Of a stretch of DNA of 64,000 bases, positions 59,174 through 64,000 are shown in pieces. The notes under the pieces are model-generated. The model saw only the letters and a list, made by a program, of their open reading frames with translations, did no database searches and had not been told where the DNA came from. The stretch lies in contig OZ241744.1 of NCBI GenBank assembly GCA_965200965.1, positions 352,001 to 416,000 on the forward strand, in the 5' to 3' direction. The position numbers and the translations under genes are program-made. Source of the stretch: an uncultured Candidatus Binatia bacterium (GTDB lineage Bacteria; Desulfobacterota; Binatia; Bin18). Within the stretch, counting starts at the first letter, position 1. Each line of letters begins with the position of its first letter.

Positions 59174-60895
59174 ATGCCACGTCTCACGTCTCTTGCCTAT
59201 CCCCTTGTCCTGGTGTTGCTCAGCGCCGTCGTGTTTATAGGACCGCTGTTTTTTGTCGATATTGTCGGCTTCAACGAGGCCCAAGACGGGCTGCGGCTGC
59301 ACGCTTTTGTCACCTCAGAGGACCCGGGAGTAGGGTGCTGGCTGTTTCCCAGCGTGCGCAAGCCGCCGCTGTTCTATTGGCTTGGGGCCGGTGTCGTCTG
59401 GCTGCGGGACGGGGCGCTGGACGCGCTGTCAGCCCGGCTGCCCTCGGCCCTGCTGGCTGGCGGCGGGGTGCTCATGCTGGTGTGGCTGGGACGGCTGGCG
59501 GTCGGTCCCGTGGCTGGCTGGCTGGCGGCCGGCGTCCTGCTCACCGCCCCCCTGTATGTTGAGCAGGCGCGCATGGCCCGGCCCGATATGGCGCTGTGCT
59601 TTTTTGTCAGCCTGAGCCTCGGCCTGTTTTTTCTGGCCCACACGCGCCAGCAGCGGCCGCCCGCCTGGCTGCCGCTCGTCCCCTACGGCTTTGCCCTGAG
59701 CCTGCTTGGGGCGGTGTTCAGCAAGGGACCGCTGGGAGCGGTCCTGGTTGGCCTGCCGGTCCTGGCCTTTGCCGTGTGGCGGCGTGAACTCGCCCCGCTG
59801 CGGCTGCTGGGTCGGCCGGGACCGGTTCTGCTGGTGCTGGTCGTGGGGCTGGGCTGGTACGCCGGGGTGCTGTGGTGGCAGCCCGAGCGCTTCTGGGCTG
59901 TCCAGATTGGAGAAGAGAATCTGGGGCGCTTTTTTGGCCGCATTGATGTCATGTCGCCGTTCTATTACCTGGATGTGATCTTTCTCCGTTTTGCGCCGTG
60001 GAGTGTAGTGTTGCCCGTTGCGGTGTGGCGGGCCCTGCGGTCCCAGCAGGACGGCCCGGTTTTTGTGGCCGTGTGGTGGACGACGCTGACGGTGTTCTTT
60101 CATCTGGCCGCCTATAAACGCGCCCGCTACCTGCTGCCGGCCTTTCCGCCGGCCGCCCTGTTAGTCGGCTGGTGGCTGGCGAGCTCCGCTCCTGGCCTTG
60201 CCGCCCGCTGCCGGGACTGGCCGGGGTGGCGTCCGCTGCTCCAGTTGGCTTGGGGGGCGGGGCTGCTGGTCCTGTGCCTCGGCCTGTCTGTTCTGGTTTC
60301 GAGCCAGTCCGAACAGCAGACGGCCTGCCGGCTGGCGTTGGCGGTGTTTCCCTCCCGGGTTACCGCCCAGCCGGTCCACTACTGTCAGTGGCTGGGTGGG
60401 CAGTTGGGTCTGGGGCTGGGCGGCTGGGCGGCGTGTGGGCTGGCCTTCGGCGGGGCCGTGTTTACGCTCCAGCGGGGACGCCTGGCCGGGGCGTTTGGCT
60501 GTGCGGTCGCCGGCCTGCTTGTCTTTCACGGCCTCATACAGCCCTCGTGGCTTGCGGTTGAGAGCCGGGCGCGTTTTCCCCGGGCCGTGGTCCACCAAGT
60601 TGTGCAGCACACCTACGGCCGCGGCCCGGTGTTTGTGGTCCGCCCGCTGACGAGCGCCCAAGACCCCGATGTGGCAGCCCTGTTTCATATTCAGCAATAC
60701 GTCCACATGCGTGAGCTGTGGTGGCCGCCCGGCCAGCCACCGCCGCCCTTGGCCGCCGGTGCCTATCTTGTCCCGGCCCAGCGCCGGACCGAGATTGCCG
60801 GCTACCCGCCCGGCCAGTGGCAGGAACAGCAGGTTACAACGGGCCGACCCTGGACATTTGCCCTGCTGCGCTACCGCCCCGGGCCGCCTCTCTAG
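59174..60895 (+). CDS. ArnT-family (GT83) membrane glycosyltransferase
   Basis: Motifs KPPLFYW, ARLPSAL, AR.D, KGP, PFYY, PWS, K..RYLLP. Confidence 0.85.
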   Translation: MPRLTSLAYPLVLVLLSAVVFIGPLFFVDIVGFNEAQDGLRLHAFVTSEDPGVGCWLFPSVRKPPLFYWLGAGVVWLRDGALDALSARLPSALLAGGGVLMLVWLGRLAVGPVAGWLAAGVLLTAPLYVEQARMARPDMALCFFVSLSLGLFFLAHTRQQRPPAWLPLVPYGFALSLLGAVFSKGPLGAVLVGLPVLAFAVWRRELAPLRLLGRPGPVLLVLVVGLGWYAGVLWWQPERFWAVQIGEENLGRFFGRIDVMSPFYYLDVIFLRFAPWSVVLPVAVWRALRSQQDGPVFVAVWWTTLTVFFHLAAYKRARYLLPAFPPAALLVGWWLASSAPGLAARCRDWPGWRPLLQLAWGAGLLVLCLGLSVLVSSQSEQQTACRLALAVFPSRVTAQPVHYCQWLGGQLGLGLGGWAACGLAFGGAVFTLQRGRLAGAFGCAVAGLLVFHGLIQPSWLAVESRARFPRAVVHQVVQHTYGRGPVFVVRPLTSAQDPDVAALFHIQQYVHMRELWWPPGQPPPPLAAGAYLVPAQRRTEIAGYPPGQWQEQQVTTGRPWTFALLRYRPGPPL

Positions 60896-60927
60896 AAAAA
60901 TGCCTCAGACGCCTGTATAACCGGGCC

Positions 60928-62460
60928 ATGCGGATTGTGCGCGGCGATATTGACGGATTTTTTGGGCTGTTTGTCGATAATCTGATCCAGCTCATGCTAA
61001 TTGCCGTGCTGGGCGTGGTGGTGTGCGGCTTTCCACCCGAGCTGATAAGCGGCCAGATTCTGCCTGGGGCGGCCCTCTCGATTCTGTTCGGCAATGCCTT
61101 CTACACCTGGCAGGCCCGGCGTCTGATGCGGCAGACCGGGCGGGACGATGTGACGGCGCTGCCCTACGGCATCAACACCCCGAGCCAGATTGCCTATTTT
61201 TTTCTGATTATGGGCCCCATCTATCAGGCGACCGAGAACCCGACCCTGGCTTGGCAGGCCGGCCTGTTTGCGTGCTTCCTGAGCGGCGTTCTGGAAGTGG
61301 CCGGCGCGTTTGTCGGCGACTGGCTGCGCCGCTATACCCCACGGGCGGCCCTGCTGGCTGCCCTGGCCGGCATTGCCATGACGTTCATTGCGATGGGCTT
61401 TGTGTTTCAGATCTTTGCCAGCCCAGCCATCGCCCTGCTGCCAATGCTGATGATCCTGGTCGGCTATGCCTCGCGCACATCCCTGCCGCTGGGGCTGCCG
61501 AGCGGACTGGTGGCCGTCTTGACCGGCATCGGCCTAGCTTGGCTGTTGCGCGCCCTGGGCTGGTCTGTGTTTGAACCATCGCCGGCCAGTTCCTCGTTTG
61601 GCCTCCATGTCCCGCGCCCTGTGCCGGGCGATCTATTTGATCTGCTGAGCAGCGGAGAGGGCTGGAAATACCTGGCGGTGATTGTCCCGATGGGCCTGTT
61701 CAATGTGATTGGCTCGCTCCAGAATCTGGAGAGCGCCGAGGCGGCCGGCGACCGCTATGAGACGCGCCCGTGTCTGCTGGCCAACGGCATTGGGACGCTG
61801 GTCGCCGCCCTGTTTGGCAGCGCTTTTCCGACCACCATCTATATTGGCCACCCGGCCTGGAAGGCGATGGGTGCCCGGACGGCCTACTCGATGCTCAACG
61901 GGCTGGTGGTCACGGTGCTGTGTCTGCTTGGCGGGATTGGGCTGGTCTTGCAGTTTGTCCCGCTGGAAGCGACGCTGGGGATTCTGCTGTGGATCGGGAT
62001 CATGATGACTGCCCAGGCTTTTCAAACCGTCCCGCAGTCCCACGCCCTGGCCGTGGCTTTTGGGCTGCTGCCCTCCCTGGCTGCCTGGGCGCTGTTGCTG
62101 ATCGAGACCAGCATTGGCAAGGCCGGCTCAAGTCTGTACGCGGTCGCGCCGACATTTGGGCCGCAGCTGTATATCCACGGGGTGATCGCGCTCAGCCAGG
62201 GTTTTGTGCTGAGCGCGATGATCCTGGCCGCGGTGCTGGTGTACGTCATTGAGCGCGAGTTTCTGCGCGCCGCGGCCTGGACTGCGGCGGCCGCGGTGTT
62301 ATCGCTGGTCGGCCTGATCCACGCCTATGCCCTCACGTCGACCGGCGTCCAGAATGTGTTTGGGCTGGCCGCCGCCCCGAACTTCGCCGTAATGTACGCC
62401 CTGGCGGCCGTACTCCTGGTCGGCCTGCACCTGCTGGGGCCTCGAGAAGAGGGCGGCTAG
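60928..62460 (+). CDS. NCS2/AzgA-like nucleobase permease
   Basis: Motifs GDIDGFFGL..DN, ALPYGINTP, QNLESA..AGD, YIGHP.WK..GAR. Confidence 0.85.
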   Translation: MRIVRGDIDGFFGLFVDNLIQLMLIAVLGVVVCGFPPELISGQILPGAALSILFGNAFYTWQARRLMRQTGRDDVTALPYGINTPSQIAYFFLIMGPIYQATENPTLAWQAGLFACFLSGVLEVAGAFVGDWLRRYTPRAALLAALAGIAMTFIAMGFVFQIFASPAIALLPMLMILVGYASRTSLPLGLPSGLVAVLTGIGLAWLLRALGWSVFEPSPASSSFGLHVPRPVPGDLFDLLSSGEGWKYLAVIVPMGLFNVIGSLQNLESAEAAGDRYETRPCLLANGIGTLVAALFGSAFPTTIYIGHPAWKAMGARTAYSMLNGLVVTVLCLLGGIGLVLQFVPLEATLGILLWIGIMMTAQAFQTVPQSHALAVAFGLLPSLAAWALLLIETSIGKAGSSLYAVAPTFGPQLYIHGVIALSQGFVLSAMILAAVLVYVIEREFLRAAAWTAAAAVLSLVGLIHAYALTSTGVQNVFGLAAAPNFAVMYALAAVLLVGLHLLGPREEGG

Positions 62461-62531
62461 GGGCCGGCCTCTTCTTTTGTGAGGAAAACGGCCAGGGCAG
62501 ACGCCAGCAGACGGGATATGGGCCGCTCCTG

Positions 62532-62805
62532 TCAGTGCAATGGCACGCACGCCGGGAATGACTTGGCTGGCAAACAGTTCAAGGTGGAGTTGGACCCAGC
62601 TGGCCGGCAGGCCCGGCGGCAGGGTCCAGGAATAGTAGTGGGTCAATGGCGTTTCAGCCGCGTAGTCGCGGATCATCCTGATGCAGGTGTCCACATCGAC
62701 AATGTGCAGCAGACCGAGTTTGCGCAGGTGGGCGCGGTCGCGGATGGTCTCCGAACAGAGGCATTCCGGCCTTGGCCGACCACTCGGCGTAAGCGTTGAT
62801 CTGAC
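62532..62805 (-). pseudogene. Orphan C-terminal fragment of an LLM oxidoreductase
   Basis: QINAYAEW...(frameshift)...PPGLP....HLELFASQVIP, a typical LLM C-terminus; no start codon or N-terminal part. Confidence 0.6.
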
Positions 62806-62812
62806 AGGGCAC

Positions 62813-64000
62813 TCAGTCCGGCTCTGGCAGGTCATAGCTTGCGGCGGGGGCGGGGGCCGGCAGGCCGAACCAGCCCTCGGTGCGCTGGCAGACACGGACG
62901 AGCAGCAGCATGACCGGCACTTCAATCAGAACGCCGACCACGGTGGCCAGGGCCGCCGCGGAGGACAGCCCGAACAGCATGGTGGCGGTGGCGATGGCCA
63001 CCTCAAAGTGGTTTGAGGCACCGATCAGGGCGGACGGAGCGGCGTCCTGATAGGACAAGCGCAATACCCTGGCCAAGCCATAGGTAAGACCGAAGATCAG
63101 CACGGTCTGAATGAACAGCGGGATGGCGACCCACACAATCGTCAGCGGGTTGGCCACAATCACCTCACCCTTGAGCGAAAACAAGACTACCAGGGTCAGC
63201 AGCAGGGCCACGATGGTGACAGGCGTGAGCAGGGGGAGAAACCGCTGGCTGAACCAGACCTCGCCCTTGGCACCGATAATCCAGCGCCGTGACCAATACC
63301 CGGCCAGCAGCGGCAGGACGACATAGACGCCGATGGACAGCATGAGCGCCTGCCACGGGACGGGCAGCCGGCCGACCCCCAGCAGGAACCCGCCCAGCAC
63401 GCCGTACAGCACCAGCATGGTCAGCGAGTTCAGGGCCACCATGACCAGGGTCAGGCCGCTGTTGCCCTGCGCCAGATGGCCCCACACCAGGACCATCGCC
63501 GTACACGGCGCAACCCCGAGCAGGATGCAGCCGGCCAGATAGCTCCGCCACAGGGGCACGGCCAGCATCCTGACCCCATCAACCAGCACCACTTCTCCGG
63601 CCCCGTAGAAGCTGCCAACCGGCAACGACAGGCCGAGCGGCAGCTTCACATAGTCAATCGCCTCGGGGCCGATGAAGCCCCGGAACAGCACACCCAGACA
63701 CAGGGCGGCAATGGCGTACATGCTGAAGGGTTTGATCGCCCAGTTGACAAACAGCGTCAGGCCGACCGGCTTGGCGTTGCGGCTGGCGGTGGCAACCTTG
63801 GCAAAGTCAATTTTGACCATGATCGGGTACATCATGAAGAACAGACAGACCGCAATGGGAATAGAAACGACCGGAGCATTGCCAACATAGAGCGCCATGC
63901 CGTCCAGGGCAGTCGCCAGCCCGGGCACGGTCCGGCCCAGGCCAATGCCGCCAAGAATGCATAGGCCGACCCACAGGCTGAGGTAGCGTTCAAAGATGGA
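62813..64000 (-). CDS. acr3: Acr3 arsenite efflux transporter (5' end outside the window)
   Basis: Motifs FERYLS.WV, MMYPIM.K, NW.IKPF.M, APCTAMV.VW, ASNHFE.AIA, VG.L.EVP. Confidence 0.93.
   Translation of the reverse strand, partial: SIFERYLSLWVGLCILGGIGLGRTVPGLATALDGMALYVGNAPVVSIPIAVCLFFMMYPIMVKIDFAKVATASRNAKPVGLTLFVNWAIKPFSMYAIAALCLGVLFRGFIGPEAIDYVKLPLGLSLPVGSFYGAGEVVLVDGVRMLAVPLWRSYLAGCILLGVAPCTAMVLVWGHLAQGNSGLTLVMVALNSLTMLVLYGVLGGFLLGVGRLPVPWQALMLSIGVYVVLPLLAGYWSRRWIIGAKGEVWFSQRFLPLLTPVTIVALLLTLVVLFSLKGEVIVANPLTIVWVAIPLFIQTVLIFGLTYGLARVLRLSYQDAAPSALIGASNHFEVAIATATMLFGLSSAAALATVVGVLIEVPVMLLLVRVCQRTEGWFGLPAPAPAASYDLPEPD

Noticed and set aside
63560-63690. Extra loop in Acr3 ([13 protein letters not shown]...VPLWRSY)
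   Set aside because: I recall similar insertions in other Acr3 proteins, so it is probably a known subfamily trait (unverified).
1-64000. tRNA, rRNA, CRISPR array, selenocysteine read-through
   Set aside because: No cloverleaf, rRNA signature, spaced repeats or in-frame TGA at a catalytic Cys position was seen by eye.

Overview
GC-rich bacterial chromosomal window with about 55 genes and no recognisable rRNA, tRNA, CRISPR array, integrase or intact transposase. The backbone is housekeeping and metabolic: fbp-fbaB, an MlaE/F/D plus PqiC-like ABC system, class I LysRS, an M1 aminopeptidase divergent from clpS-clpA, a variant hisI, pncB, an mdh-frdABCD-fumC operon, pgmB-GH65, pgk, an NCS2 permease and a partial acr3. 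It also carries several luciferase-like monooxygenases and membrane glycosyltransferases. Small defence-type inserts interrupt it: an ApaLI-like R-M pair broken by one internal deletion, an HNH pseudogene, an intact GmrSD-like gene, an Mrr remnant, and an ABC-ATPase plus TOPRIM-like pair. The clearest structural signal is that this last cassette lies between two identical 111-bp copies of the pncB 3' end (34405-34515 and 36512-36622) with no recombinase nearby. The best candidate for an undescribed pathway is the translationally coupled operon at 1-3960: GT2, GT-C, YdjY-like Cys protein, GT2, a small protein ending in Gly-Gly, and a TIGR04283-type transferase. Several single-base frameshifts in homopolymers may be assembly errors. 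All family calls come from motifs recognised by eye, with no database searches.
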